A stretch of 64,000 bases of DNA from Candidatus Latescibacterota bacterium (GTDB lineage: Bacteria > Latescibacterota > UBA2968 > GCA-2709665). The stretch covers positions 4,096,001 to 4,160,000 of the forward strand of contig OZ242180.1 of NCBI GenBank assembly GCA_965205485.1. Reading direction: 5' to 3'. Position numbers and translations under genes: made by a program. Below the pieces are notes generated by a model. The model was not told where the DNA came from. It worked only from the letters and a program-made list of their open reading frames with translations, and searched no databases. Shown in pieces: positions 37,235 to 47,357 of the stretch (position 1 is its first letter; each line of letters begins with the position of its first letter).

Positions 37235-40200
37235 TCATTTAATCAAAACCACACGCATGGTTCGGACGCGTGTTCCGTTGCGCAGGCGAATCAGATATAT
37301 GCCCGTACCAACCGATCGCCCCAGGTGGTCGCTTCCGTCCCACACGAGTCGATGGTAACCCGCGACCGCCGCAATCGAGAAACGTCTGACGGGTTGCCCG
37401 AGAACATTGTAGACCGTCAGGTCCGCCGGATCGCCGGTGCTTCGAAACCCGATGGTCGTATGCACATTGAACGGGTTCGGAAACGGGCGCTCCTGGCAGG
37501 CATCTCCGTTATCTGTATAGACTCCCGTGGAGTCGGCAAAGGCGGAGTCCGAGAATGGTGTCGCCTTCCCCGGCGAGAACGGCAGATTCGAAACGCGGCT
37601 GTGCGCTAACCATTCTCCCGGCATGTGCGGGTGGGGCACCAGTGACGAGCCAATCCGGTCCTTCACATATTGCACATCCACCAGCGTATCCGGCCCGGCC
37701 GGTACGACTAACAGGATCCTGTCCTCGGCATCCAGACCGTTCCCGATACGGCCCCCTGCTGAAAAACAGCCCTTTGCGCCTCCGCGCGTTCCCCTGCCGA
37801 AGAGGACAAAGCGCTCGCCGCCATCCAGGACCGAGCCCCCAGGGAACACGAACGACCCTCCATCGTCGTCGCCAAGCGTCCAGCCCGACAGATCCACCGC
37901 GGACTCGGCAGTGTTGAGCAGTTCGATGAATTGATCTCCATGCCGGTCCATCGTTCCATCTCCACTGACATCTGTTGTTGGATCGGCCAGAATCTCGTCA
38001 ATTACGACGAGCGGCCGCGGACGTACCGTAATCAGAAAACTCAGGATCAGACTCTCGGCGCCGTTTCGACTCATGGACACCCTTATCACACGGGGGCCCT
38101 CGTCTCCGCGACGGGGACGCCACACGAGAGATTCGCCCGTGTCGTCTAAGACAGGGCCGCCATCTACCTGGATCTGAATTCCCTCGCCGGTATCCACTGA
38201 CATCCTCCAGGTCAAGCCAACGAACGCAACGCTGTCCCGGCGGCTTGCCGGACGAAGGCCGGGCGCCACGACATTTATGGTGAACGACTGAACGGTCGAG
38301 TCGCTGTGGTCCGTTGCCGTGATGACGACCGGCCAGAATCCGGTATGTTCCGGCATACCTTCCAGATCGGTTTCCGTCCAATTCAGCCATGCCGGTCGCC
38401 GCTGCACCGAAACGGACACTTGGTCGCCATCGGGGTCTACAGCCGACGGCGTGTAAGCATACGTTAAACCTCGTATGGCCAGCGTGTCAGGCCGTGAGAT
38501 AAACACGGGAGGGCGATTGGATGGGGGGTTCTCGCCGCTGGAGTCTCCGTCGTTCCGGCCCCCGGAGTCGGCGCCGTCGCCTTCGATCCCGGAATGAACC
38601 CGGACGAGGGCGCTGGATGTGACGCGTCCGTGTCGTGCATGTACCACCGTCACCCCCGGCGCAACGCCCCGTAAACGCGGGAGCGGTTCGAGCCGCGCGA
38701 TATCAGCGTCCTCAACACGCCACGTCAGTTGGTTGGTGACAACCGTCACGGTTTCCGAATCGAAGAAACCGTCTGCAGCAACGGTATGGCTGGACCCCGG
38801 GTATATGTCCAACGTGTCGGGGACGATCCCGATGGCAACCAGCATCGGCGCGGCACGTCCGGGCGAGGACAGGCCTGTGAAAGGCAACAGATCATGTCGT
38901 TGTAGCGCGGCGCCCGCCCCGCGAACGAGCGAGGCGCCGTCGGGTGCGGCGTCGTAGCTGACGATGTCGAGCGTGTCCGCACCGCCGGGCGACAGAAACA
39001 CAACCGTGTCGCCTGAATTCGAGAGCCCGTCGCCGATCCGACCGTCATCCACAAGTGCGCTTTCCGGAAACCCTGACGTAGACCCGCCGCCGAAAAGGAC
39101 CAGGAAACCGCCGGGAGGAAGCAACGTCCCGGCGGGGAATTCGAAATGACGGTCGATCGGCGTATCGTCGTCTCCCAGCCTGCACCCGTCGAGCCTGGCC
39201 GTGTCGGACCGGGGATTCCAGAGTTCCACAAACTCGTCCTGGAAACCGTGGCGTTCGCCATCGCCATTGGTGTCACCGGGCGCCCCTGGGGCGGGATTCG
39301 CGTGGATTTCGCTGATGATCACACCCGCCGGAACGGTCGCCGGTGGATATCCGTCCCTCCCTTCCCCGTCATCCGGCCCCGCATCTTTCGCAACGACGGT
39401 TCCCTTCTCACTGGGCAACCCGGGGGAATAAATCCCCCGTCCGGGAGGGGTCTCATGGGGGACCCAAACGGTGCCGTTCCACACCAGCGACTGGTCAATG
39501 TCTCCCTCTGAGGTGTAATCGGCCCTGGCGAGCGTATCGTTCAGAACGGAATCGATCAGCAGAATAACGTCGGATTCGTCGGTCAAGCCGTTACCGATGC
39601 TGCCGTCATCCACGAATACCTGGCCCTCGATTCCTTCCGGCCGCCCACCTCCAAATAAGACAGCGCGTTCTCCGGGGTGAAGCCTGGTGAAACCGGGAAA
39701 CCTGAACTGCCTGCGTGCTGATACATCATCGTCGCTCAGCCGCCAGTCCGATATCCAGACGGCGTCAGGACCATCGTTCAGAATCTCGACGAATTCGTCC
39801 GATTGGCTGTCGCGCGATCCGTCGCCATTCACGTCGCCGTTCAGGCCGGGCGGCGGGTCCGCCAGAATCTCGACAATTGCAACCTGCGGACGGGGCTCGA
39901 CCCACACGTCAAATTGCCGCACGGTCTTCTCTCCGGAGCCACTCACCGCAGTCTGCCAGAAGCGAAAACGACCTTCCTGATCAGGCCTCCATGAGATTTC
40001 TCCGGTATCACGGTCCCACCGGATGCCCTGTACCTGGGTTTCCAGGTGCACGAATCCCCCGTCCAGATTGCGGATGCTGGGGGTGAATCTGCAAAGCGCG
40101 CCAACCCGGCACCACGATGGTGGCGCGTCCAGAAATTCCGGCCGTGGGGCTTTCGCCGCTTCCGCGGGGGCCGAGGGCTTCGGATGAGGCCGACCCGGCG

Positions 40201-41605
40201 AGATGGTCCCGCCGTCCGGCAAGTCGGCGTGCGGGACGTAAACGCCCTCGGCGAACCGCACCACGGACCGGTTCAGGTCCCCTGCCACCTGAAAGTCGGC
40301 CACGGCCACCGTATCGTCCGCGGCGGGGTCGACGAGCAACACGCGGTCCCCCCTATTGGTCAATCCATTACCGATGCTGCCGTCGTCTACGAATACATGC
40401 CCGGGGATATCCTGGGGATTACCACCGCCAAACAGGACCGCGCGCATTCCCGGCGCAAGCGTCAGGCCGACGGGAAAGTGAAATCGCCGTCCCGAACCGA
40501 CGTCGTCGTCGCTGAGCCACCATCCACCTATCGTTACCGGCTTCGAGTCGACGTTCAATATTTCAACGAACTCGTCCGCCTTGCCGTCCCTCACCCCGTC
40601 CTGATTGGCGTCTCCGTCCGGACCGGGAGCCGGGTCCGCCAACACTTCGTCAATGACCACCCGGGCCCCGAACCGGATTGTCGGGCCGGGATCCACCGGG
40701 GTATCGCCGGGGATGACTTCCGTCCGTTCCGTCACCTTGCGGGCACGACCGGGAGAAAACAGGGCGCCGTCACCGGGTGATTCGCTATGTAGCAGAAAGG
40801 GACCGCGCCCTTGTGGATGGCGCACGATCGATTGATTCCGGTCCCCTGTCTTGCCTTCGTATTGTGCAGCCGCCAATGTATCCATCGAAGATGGATCGAT
40901 CAGGAACACGCTATCGCCCCCGTTTCTCAGGCCCCCGCCGATTGCTCCGTCGTCCACGAACACGAGCCCCGGAACACCTGAAGGAGAACCACCGCCAAAG
41001 AGAACCAGTCGCTGACCCGGCTTCAATTCGGTGTTTTCAGGGAACGCGAACCTGGATCCGGGCGCTGTCCCCGCGTCGCTCAATTGCCAGCCGTCCAACC
41101 TGACCGGCTTGAGTCCGATATTGAGCAGTTCCACGAATTCGTCCTGACTGTGGTGGCGCGTCCCGTCGCCGTTGGCGTCGCCCTGTACGCCCGCCGGCGG
41201 GTCTGCAAGAATCTCCTGAATGACGACGACTTCCCGGACACCTTCCCCGACGATCGGCGTCTTCAGCGCGCCACTGCCGGTTGCGACGGTCAGAACTCCG
41301 GTACATACAGCGAGGTCCTCGGGTTCGAATCGGACCGTCAGGCTCGCGGCCCGGTCCGGCGGCAATACGATACTTGTGTCGGCAAAGAGATCGTCAGGCA
41401 GATGGAACCCGTTCCCTTCAATGTTGGCGGAAGTCAGGACGAGATCGCTCCGACCTCCATTTGCGACAACGACGCTATCCAGCGCGGAAGACCCTGCTCG
41501 CACCGGACCGAAGCGGAGCGTATCCGGCGTGACGACCGCCTGCGCCCAGAGCCCTGTCCGGTCAGGGACGAGAAACACGAGGAAAAACACGAGGACCTGT
41601 TTCAC
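37235..41605 (-). CDS. Large secreted protein: N-terminal ASH/Ig-like domain, 5 lamin-tail domains, Ig/cadherin-like domains, C-terminal FlgD/T9SS-type sorting domain
   Basis: Signal-like N-terminus after AAGGAG plus GTG 41605; five copies of VxIxE(I/V)xA(D/N)P...D(E/Q)F(V/I)E(L/I)xN; NRPPVFISRP; C-terminal PFPNPFN...VYNVLGQ...WDG...GIY. Confidence 0.85.
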   Translation of the reverse strand: MKQVLVFFLVFLVPDRTGLWAQAVVTPDTLRFGPVRAGSSALDSVVVANGGRSDLVLTSANIEGNGFHLPDDLFADTSIVLPPDRAASLTVRFEPEDLAVCTGVLTVATGSGALKTPIVGEGVREVVVIQEILADPPAGVQGDANGDGTRHHSQDEFVELLNIGLKPVRLDGWQLSDAGTAPGSRFAFPENTELKPGQRLVLFGGGSPSGVPGLVFVDDGAIGGGLRNGGDSVFLIDPSSMDTLAAAQYEGKTGDRNQSIVRHPQGRGPFLLHSESPGDGALFSPGRARKVTERTEVIPGDTPVDPGPTIRFGARVVIDEVLADPAPGPDGDANQDGVRDGKADEFVEILNVDSKPVTIGGWWLSDDDVGSGRRFHFPVGLTLAPGMRAVLFGGGNPQDIPGHVFVDDGSIGNGLTNRGDRVLLVDPAADDTVAVADFQVAGDLNRSVVRFAEGVYVPHADLPDGGTISPGRPHPKPSAPAEAAKAPRPEFLDAPPSWCRVGALCRFTPSIRNLDGGFVHLETQVQGIRWDRDTGEISWRPDQEGRFRFWQTAVSGSGEKTVRQFDVWVEPRPQVAIVEILADPPPGLNGDVNGDGSRDSQSDEFVEILNDGPDAVWISDWRLSDDDVSARRQFRFPGFTRLHPGERAVLFGGGRPEGIEGQVFVDDGSIGNGLTDESDVILLIDSVLNDTLARADYTSEGDIDQSLVWNGTVWVPHETPPGRGIYSPGLPSEKGTVVAKDAGPDDGEGRDGYPPATVPAGVIISEIHANPAPGAPGDTNGDGERHGFQDEFVELWNPRSDTARLDGCRLGDDDTPIDRHFEFPAGTLLPPGGFLVLFGGGSTSGFPESALVDDGRIGDGLSNSGDTVVFLSPGGADTLDIVSYDAAPDGASLVRGAGAALQRHDLLPFTGLSSPGRAAPMLVAIGIVPDTLDIYPGSSHTVAADGFFDSETVTVVTNQLTWRVEDADIARLEPLPRLRGVAPGVTVVHARHGRVTSSALVRVHSGIEGDGADSGGRNDGDSSGENPPSNRPPVFISRPDTLAIRGLTYAYTPSAVDPDGDQVSVSVQRRPAWLNWTETDLEGMPEHTGFWPVVITATDHSDSTVQSFTINVVAPGLRPASRRDSVAFVGLTWRMSVDTGEGIQIQVDGGPVLDDTGESLVWRPRRGDEGPRVIRVSMSRNGAESLILSFLITVRPRPLVVIDEILADPTTDVSGDGTMDRHGDQFIELLNTAESAVDLSGWTLGDDDGGSFVFPGGSVLDGGERFVLFGRGTRGGAKGCFSAGGRIGNGLDAEDRILLVVPAGPDTLVDVQYVKDRIGSSLVPHPHMPGEWLAHSRVSNLPFSPGKATPFSDSAFADSTGVYTDNGDACQERPFPNPFNVHTTIGFRSTGDPADLTVYNVLGQPVRRFSIAAVAGYHRLVWDGSDHLGRSVGTGIYLIRLRNGTRVRTMRVVLIK

Positions 41606-41647
41606 CAATCTCTCCTTCCAGAAGCGCCAGCACGTCATACCGGCCGA

Positions 41648-41664
41648 TGCAATCTGTATGCCAA
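41648..41664 (-). promoter_or_regulatory. Sigma-54 (-24/-12) promoter
   Basis: TTGGCATACAGATTGCA, with exact GG-N10-GC spacing, ~45 nt upstream of the start codon. Confidence 0.7.
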
Positions 41665-41692
41665 TTACGGGTTTATGATATAACTTGATTTT

Positions 41693-41705
41693 TATCAATA
41701 TGTTA
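41693..41705 (+). promoter_or_regulatory. IHF-binding site consensus
   Basis: TATCAA-TATG-TTA matches WATCAANNNNTTR, within an AT-rich imperfect palindrome next to the sigma-54 site. Confidence 0.55.
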
Positions 41706-41790
41706 TATTATAGAGTCTGTCGGTCTGATATGCCATGGATGAATACAATTTTCAGTACGGGCGCTTGAAATTGAAACCTCGCTCGCGGAC

Positions 41791-41822
41791 AAAAAAATCC
41801 CCGGCGGAGATGGAGCCGGGGA
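41791..41822 (-). terminator. Rho-independent terminator-like hairpin
   Basis: TCCCCGGC...GCCGGGGA followed by T7 on the minus strand. Confidence 0.6.
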
Positions 41823-42102
41823 ACTGAGCGTGGTCGCGCTTGTGTGCCGTGCCTGCTGTGGGGCGGCGACCGGACCGCCGGGCGGCGTGTTATACCCGCT
41901 GCCAGGATTCAGCGCGTCAAGAGTACACGATGTCGATCTCTGTTCGCCTCCCCAAATCGAATTCCCCTTGACACCGCGGATACCGCACGCGATTTTACGC
42001 GAGAGGGCCGGTGTCTTTCCGTTCAGTGCCTGCCGGCCGTTCTCTTCGCAGCGTCAACACAAACCATCGATCGGGATCGTCCTTGCCATGAAGGAGACCG
42101 GG

Positions 42103-42888
42103 ATGCCCCAAAACGTCATCCTGCCGGACAATTTCAATGATCAGCTCGACATCCCCAATGCACCCGAACGGCTCAGCGAGGCGCTCGACGTCGCACGAAG
42201 GATCACCGACGCGGGCGTGCCGCTGCTGCCGAATCCGGACCACGCGGCCATTTTCGTCGATCCCCCGCGTCTCATTTCCGGCCGGCTGAAACGCATCGGT
42301 TACATTGCCGGCTGGGACACCCGCTGCTATCCGTCTCCGGTTGACGGACACGACTACATGAACGTGCCTTCCGGGCTGCCCGAAGACAGCCCGGCTCGTG
42401 GCGAGGGCTGGTTCGACTACGTCGCGGTCGTCCATCCCGTTGACGAGGACGCCCGCGACCATATGCTTGCCCAGGGTCACGGAAATCCATTCGTACACCA
42501 CATGACCTGGGGTATCGTACCGCCCGTACGTGACGATGAGGACGACTTCGAATACGCGGGAAAGGTGATTCCCTATCTTGCGAGGATACGAAAAACCATC
42601 GGGGAGGCGCTGGGCGAATCGCCGGGAGCGCTGGTCATGGCGCTACCGCAGATCGTATGTGCGGATGCCCGCTTGAGGGCATGTCTTCCGAAATGGGTCG
42701 GCGGATTGGACCCTGCTGACTATCAGGTCGAGCCGATGCAGGGCGGAGGCTTTCTGCTGCAGTTTTTCGTCCTGACCGGAGGACGAATCGAGGTCGCACT
42801 GCGGTCGGGCACACGTCAGACATTCAATCCAATGAGCGTACACAAGATCTCGAAGGACGAAATCAGCGCGGTTCAATCCGGCGGGTAG
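42103..42888 (+). CDS. Hypothetical protein, possibly VOC/glyoxalase (HPPD-like) metalloenzyme
   Basis: AAGGAG RBS; PDHAAI, FVHHMTW, GFLLQFF, RIEVALR..TF. Confidence 0.6.
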   Translation: MPQNVILPDNFNDQLDIPNAPERLSEALDVARRITDAGVPLLPNPDHAAIFVDPPRLISGRLKRIGYIAGWDTRCYPSPVDGHDYMNVPSGLPEDSPARGEGWFDYVAVVHPVDEDARDHMLAQGHGNPFVHHMTWGIVPPVRDDEDDFEYAGKVIPYLARIRKTIGEALGESPGALVMALPQIVCADARLRACLPKWVGGLDPADYQVEPMQGGGFLLQFFVLTGGRIEVALRSGTRQTFNPMSVHKISKDEISAVQSGG

Positions 42889-42932
42889 TCTTTTCGGCTC
42901 GCGGCACGGCCGACCACACGCACACACAATAG

Positions 42933-42987
42933 ACAACCGGCGGAATCTTTCGCAGTTGCCAATCTGCACATCGATTCCGCCGGTTGT
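42933..42987. terminator. Inverted repeat between convergent genes (probable terminator)
   Basis: Perfect 15-bp stem ACAACCGGCGGAATC/GATTCCGCCGGTTGT followed by a T-rich tract on +. Confidence 0.6.
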
Positions 42988-43005
42988 TTGTTTTTGAACC
43001 TTTGG

Positions 43006-44475
43006 TCAAATTGATTTCCTGTACCTCGCGGGATTGATATTCAACTGATCTCTATACTTGGCAACCGTTCGGCGGGCAATGGCGATACCTTCGTCTTTCA
43101 GCAAATCGGCGATTTTCTGATCACTCAAAGGTTTTCTGGCGTTCTCTTCCGCAATCAACCTGGAGATCTTCTGTTTTACGCTCCTTGCGGCGATGTCTTC
43201 GCCGTCGTTGCGGGTCAGTCCGCCGTCGAAAAAGTACTTCAATTCGAACACACCGTGCGGCGTCTGTACGTATTTCCCGTTGCTCACCCGGCTGATGGTT
43301 GAAACGTGCATATTCACCCGGTCCGCGACCTCCTGAAGCACCATGGGCTTGAGAAAGCCAACTCCCTTGTCGAAGAATGCACGTTGACTGTCGACAATAC
43401 ACCGCATAACCCTGAGCATTGTGGTACGGCGCTGATTGATCGCGCTGATGAACCAGCGGGCGGAATTGAGGCGATCCACGACGAATTTCCTGGCCTGACT
43501 TCCCGGTTTACCGGACTTGCTGAGCAGCGTTCTGTATGCGGGGCTGACCCGCAGGGCGGGAAGATTGCGGTCGATCAGCGATACGACATACTCGTCGCCC
43601 ACCTTCTGCACCTCGAGATCGGGTACAACCAGATTGTGATTGATACGGCTTTCCCTGTAAATCATCGGTTTGGGGTTAAGGCCCGATATCACGCTTTCGG
43701 CGTGGGCAATCGCCGCCCGGTCCACGCCGAGCGCTCGACTGATCTTCATATATCGACGGTTCACCAGGTCGTCCCAATAGCCGTGTACGATACCCATCGC
43801 GAGAGAATCCGCCAGCCCCTGCTCGCGAAGCTGGATCGCCAGGCATTCCTGGAGATCCCTTGCGCCCACGCCCGGCGGATCGAACGTCTGAATAACCTCC
43901 AGGATCTGCTCCACAGATTCCGTCTCACACCCGAAAACAGCAACAATATCCTCGATCTGCGCCTGCAAAAAGCCGTCTTCGTCGATATTGCCGATGATGT
44001 ACTCGCCAATCTTCCGTTCAGCGGCGTCCAGATCGGTAAGCGAGAGCTGGGCGCGCAGTTCGGCCTCCAATGACTGCTGCCCGGGACCGTCGTACTCCCA
44101 CTCTTCAGCGTTGGGATCGAACTCATGCCGTGGCACGGTATACCCGGCATCGTTCAGGAGCTCGTTCCACTGATTCTCGTCCAACCGTCCATCGGCCAAT
44201 GCTGTGTCGCCGAATTCCACGTCCGGCGGGTCCGCATCGTCAACTTCCTTTCGTTCCCCGTCGATATCGACCGATTCCGAACCGTCCGACTCCGGATCCC
44301 ATTCGTCGTCTTCGCGACCTGTCTCTTCCGAAACCTCCAGGAGTGGATTGGTTTGCAGTTCCTGCTGAATCAACTGTTCCAATTCGAGCGACGGCATCTG
44401 CAGCAGCCGCAACGACTGGATGAGCTGCGGCGCCAGCTTCTGCTGGAGGGAGACGGTCTGCGTGAGTTGAATCAT
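43006..44475 (-). CDS. rpoN: RNA polymerase sigma-54 factor
   Basis: PQLIQSLRLLQ, PPGVGARDLQECL, HVSTISR, RpoN box ARRTVAKYR. Confidence 0.97.
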   Translation of the reverse strand: MIQLTQTVSLQQKLAPQLIQSLRLLQMPSLELEQLIQQELQTNPLLEVSEETGREDDEWDPESDGSESVDIDGERKEVDDADPPDVEFGDTALADGRLDENQWNELLNDAGYTVPRHEFDPNAEEWEYDGPGQQSLEAELRAQLSLTDLDAAERKIGEYIIGNIDEDGFLQAQIEDIVAVFGCETESVEQILEVIQTFDPPGVGARDLQECLAIQLREQGLADSLAMGIVHGYWDDLVNRRYMKISRALGVDRAAIAHAESVISGLNPKPMIYRESRINHNLVVPDLEVQKVGDEYVVSLIDRNLPALRVSPAYRTLLSKSGKPGSQARKFVVDRLNSARWFISAINQRRTTMLRVMRCIVDSQRAFFDKGVGFLKPMVLQEVADRVNMHVSTISRVSNGKYVQTPHGVFELKYFFDGGLTRNDGEDIAARSVKQKISRLIAEENARKPLSDQKIADLLKDEGIAIARRTVAKYRDQLNINPARYRKSI

Positions 44476-44704
44476 AGGCCTTTGAAGAACCCCTGCAAAG
44501 AGTACGAAACGGGAATGAGCGAAACTTGCCGCCGGTTGATCGCGTGAAGGGGAAGTGCCGTCAAGTCATATGTCATCGGCTGTAATGTATCGGAAAATCC
44601 TCGGTGGAAAGGCATCGATGTCCGCTCAACCCCGGTTCGCCTTTCCATTTACTTCGTTAAAAATAATAAGGAAAACAGGTCCGGGTGACAATCCCAATTT
44701 TGGG

Positions 44705-45427
44705 TCAGTCCAATCGGAATCTGTCCCCCAGATAGACGCGTCGCACTTCCGGATTTTCCGCCAGCTCAGTCGGGCTGCCGGAGGTCAGGATCTTTCCGTC
44801 GGAGAGGATGTACGATCTGTCGGTTATCGCCAGGGTTTCGCGGACATTGTGATCGGTAATGAGGAGTCCGATACGTCGGTCCTTTAATGCGCGGACGATG
44901 GCCTGGATATCCTCTACGGCCTTTGGGTCGATACCTGCGAAGGGCTCGTCCAGCAGGAGGAATCGGGGACGTCTTGCCAGTGCACGCGTAATCTCGAGCC
45001 TGCGCGCTTCGCCGCCCGACAGCCCGTCCGCCCTGCGAGCCGCGAGACTCGAGAGTCCCAGTTCGCGCAGAAGCGTCTCCAGACGGGCCTCCTGTTCCAT
45101 GCGTGACAGTCGAAGTGTTTCCAGCACAGCGAGGATGTTCTGCCTCACGGTCAGTTTTCTGAAAACGGAGGGTTCCTGGGCCAGATAGCCGATGCCCTTC
45201 CTCGCCCGAATGTACATCGGCATACCTGTAATATCCTCGCCTCCGAGGAAGATCTCGCCGTGCTTGCACGGGATCAGGCCCACAATCAGGTGAAAAGTGG
45301 TCGTCTTTCCGGCGCCATTCGGGCCCAGAAGGCCCACGACCTCCCCCGGATTCACCTCGAGGCAAACGCCGTCCACCACCCGCCGCCGCTGGTATGCCTT
45401 AACCAGGTCTCGTGTCTTCAGTATCAC
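44705..45427 (-). CDS. lptB: LPS export ABC ATPase
   Basis: [49 protein letters not shown]; upstream of rpoN; GTG overlaps the previous stop. Confidence 0.95.
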   Translation of the reverse strand: MILKTRDLVKAYQRRRVVDGVCLEVNPGEVVGLLGPNGAGKTTTFHLIVGLIPCKHGEIFLGGEDITGMPMYIRARKGIGYLAQEPSVFRKLTVRQNILAVLETLRLSRMEQEARLETLLRELGLSSLAARRADGLSGGEARRLEITRALARRPRFLLLDEPFAGIDPKAVEDIQAIVRALKDRRIGLLITDHNVRETLAITDRSYILSDGKILTSGSPTELAENPEVRRVYLGDRFRLD

Positions 45428-46749
45428 GGCGCATCTCCGGATTCCGTCGGCCTGTATCGGCCGCGAACCCCGCCCTCCGCCTGAACATCGGTGAGCCTGT
45501 CGCCGTCGAACGTCAGTTTCACGGAATCGCCCGAAAGCCGGATATCGCCGGTCCGTTCGGTTTCGGACCGATGGGTACATCGGGCGCTCCCCGTAATCAG
45601 GACCTCATTAACGGCGCCGTTTTCGAAGTCAATCGCAATTGAACCGCCCGAAATTCGACTGACGGCGGCGCTGTCGGACGAGACGTACGCACCGATGCCC
45701 TTCCCGTGAACCGTCAGGCTGTCCAGGTTCCCGTCCATAAGGTCCATGCAGATTCGACCGCCCGTGAGGTCCACGCTGGCGCCATCGCGCGTGGTCAACA
45801 TCGCCGAAGCCTCCCCGGACGCATCGATGGTAGCGATCCGTCCTTCTGACAAGCCCAGGACAACCGAATCGGCCTGTACCTCCTGCCCACCGTCAAATTC
45901 CGGTTGTACAGCTTGCTTATGCAGTCTTGCGGCACCAATGAGGACGATGCTATCGAGCGAATCGGCACCTGCGCCGTGCACGCGCATCCGTTCGGCGTTC
46001 AATGTAACCGAGTCAGCCCGTGTTGCATGGTTCCGGATCCAGAAGGCAGATGTCCCGCCGCCCAGTTCCAGCCTGTCCGCGGGCCTGAAGTAGCGTCCAC
46101 GGGGGGCACGTGCCCGCATCCCGGCGTGTTCCATGCGGACCCGACCCGAAAATCGCATGCGATCCCCCAGATCGGCGAAATGCATCGAATCCGAGTGAAC
46201 GTGAAGCGAATCTTCAGGTGTCTCGGGGTATCGTACGGCCTGAACGCCGCCTGAACCCGATCCTGAATCCGCCAGCACATGATACGTCATTGCAGGTGCG
46301 CGAAACGAAATCCGCTTCCGGCTGTAGTTCAGTGTAACCGCGCCTTCGGCCTCCAGCAGGTTCGCCTTTTTGCGGTACGTCACTCGGTGGGCATAAAGCA
46401 ATCGGTGCTGTTCGATGACCCGGACCCCGCCCCGAAAGCTGGCCAGTTCGCTTCGAGGGTGATACGTCAGGGCATCGGCTGTCAGCGTTCTTGCGGAATC
46501 CCTGTATGTCACCCGCCCAAAGAACCTCGCCCGTGACAGTCCGCCATCCGGAATCCACAGGCGCGCCGAATCCGCATTCACGCTGAACGCGCGTTCAGTG
46601 TGCCGGTAGGATACGCCGCCCGCTTCAATCCGCAAGACGCCAGCATCCCGCAGCATGGTTTCACTGCGGTCGGCACGGATGAATTCTGTTGCGTAAACAG
46701 GAGGCGCCTTCGACAGGAGATACAACTGTAAGAGCAGGGAGAAGAACAT
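45424..46749 (-). CDS. Extended LptA/OstA-like beta-jellyroll protein
   Basis: Repeated ADS/GxV beta motifs, located between lptC and lptB. Start uncertain. Confidence 0.7.
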   Translation of the reverse strand: MFFSLLLQLYLLSKAPPVYATEFIRADRSETMLRDAGVLRIEAGGVSYRHTERAFSVNADSARLWIPDGGLSRARFFGRVTYRDSARTLTADALTYHPRSELASFRGGVRVIEQHRLLYAHRVTYRKKANLLEAEGAVTLNYSRKRISFRAPAMTYHVLADSGSGSGGVQAVRYPETPEDSLHVHSDSMHFADLGDRMRFSGRVRMEHAGMRARAPRGRYFRPADRLELGGGTSAFWIRNHATRADSVTLNAERMRVHGAGADSLDSIVLIGAARLHKQAVQPEFDGGQEVQADSVVLGLSEGRIATIDASGEASAMLTTRDGASVDLTGGRICMDLMDGNLDSLTVHGKGIGAYVSSDSAAVSRISGGSIAIDFENGAVNEVLITGSARCTHRSETERTGDIRLSGDSVKLTFDGDRLTDVQAEGGVRGRYRPTESGDAP

Positions 46750-46790
46750 ACAAGAGGCAGGAAAGGCGACGATTGCAGATCGACAGAAAG

Positions 46791-47357
46791 TTACCGGAGG
46801 GAATCCGCCCCGCCCAGCCGCGTTGAAACCTGACGCATCCTCCACCACTTGAGATCTGAAGACGCCTCGAACCCTTCGCCAGTCTCCTCGCCGTCGGGTC
46901 GCCGAAGGGTCATCCTGCCGTTTCCCGTAATCATCTCGGTCTCGCGGTTCCAACGCAATGTATCGGTCTCCAGGCGGGTTCCGTTGGTAGCGATTACGGC
47001 CACGTCTCCCGTGACCACCATATCCCCGGATTCTTCGTGAATCTCCGCCTGCCGTGCCGTCAATACCGACACTCGCTTCAGCCCGGATCCGTTGTAAAAG
47101 GAAACAATCACGCCGCTATCGAGGAGGGCTGTAAACGTCCGATCAAATTTCCTGAAATGGCCCGCCTCGACTTCGGCGCGCTTGCGACCGTTCCGGGTAA
47201 CAACCGTGTTCCATCCCCACGCCTCCTGGTCCGGAGGTTTGGGGACTGCAGGCTGATTGGATGAGGGCTCGGACGACGGCGAACAGCCTGCCGCAAGAAA
47301 AATGAGCAGCCAAACCCCGTACGTGTACGAAATCGGGGACGCCCGGCCCGGCTTCAC
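46791..47357 (-). CDS. lptC: LPS export periplasmic protein LptC
   Basis: Lipobox-like AAGC; GDVAV..NGTRLETDTLRWN; GEGFEA; synteny. Confidence 0.85.
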   Translation of the reverse strand: MKPGRASPISYTYGVWLLIFLAAGCSPSSEPSSNQPAVPKPPDQEAWGWNTVVTRNGRKRAEVEAGHFRKFDRTFTALLDSGVIVSFYNGSGLKRVSVLTARQAEIHEESGDMVVTGDVAVIATNGTRLETDTLRWNRETEMITGNGRMTLRRPDGEETGEGFEASSDLKWWRMRQVSTRLGGADSLR

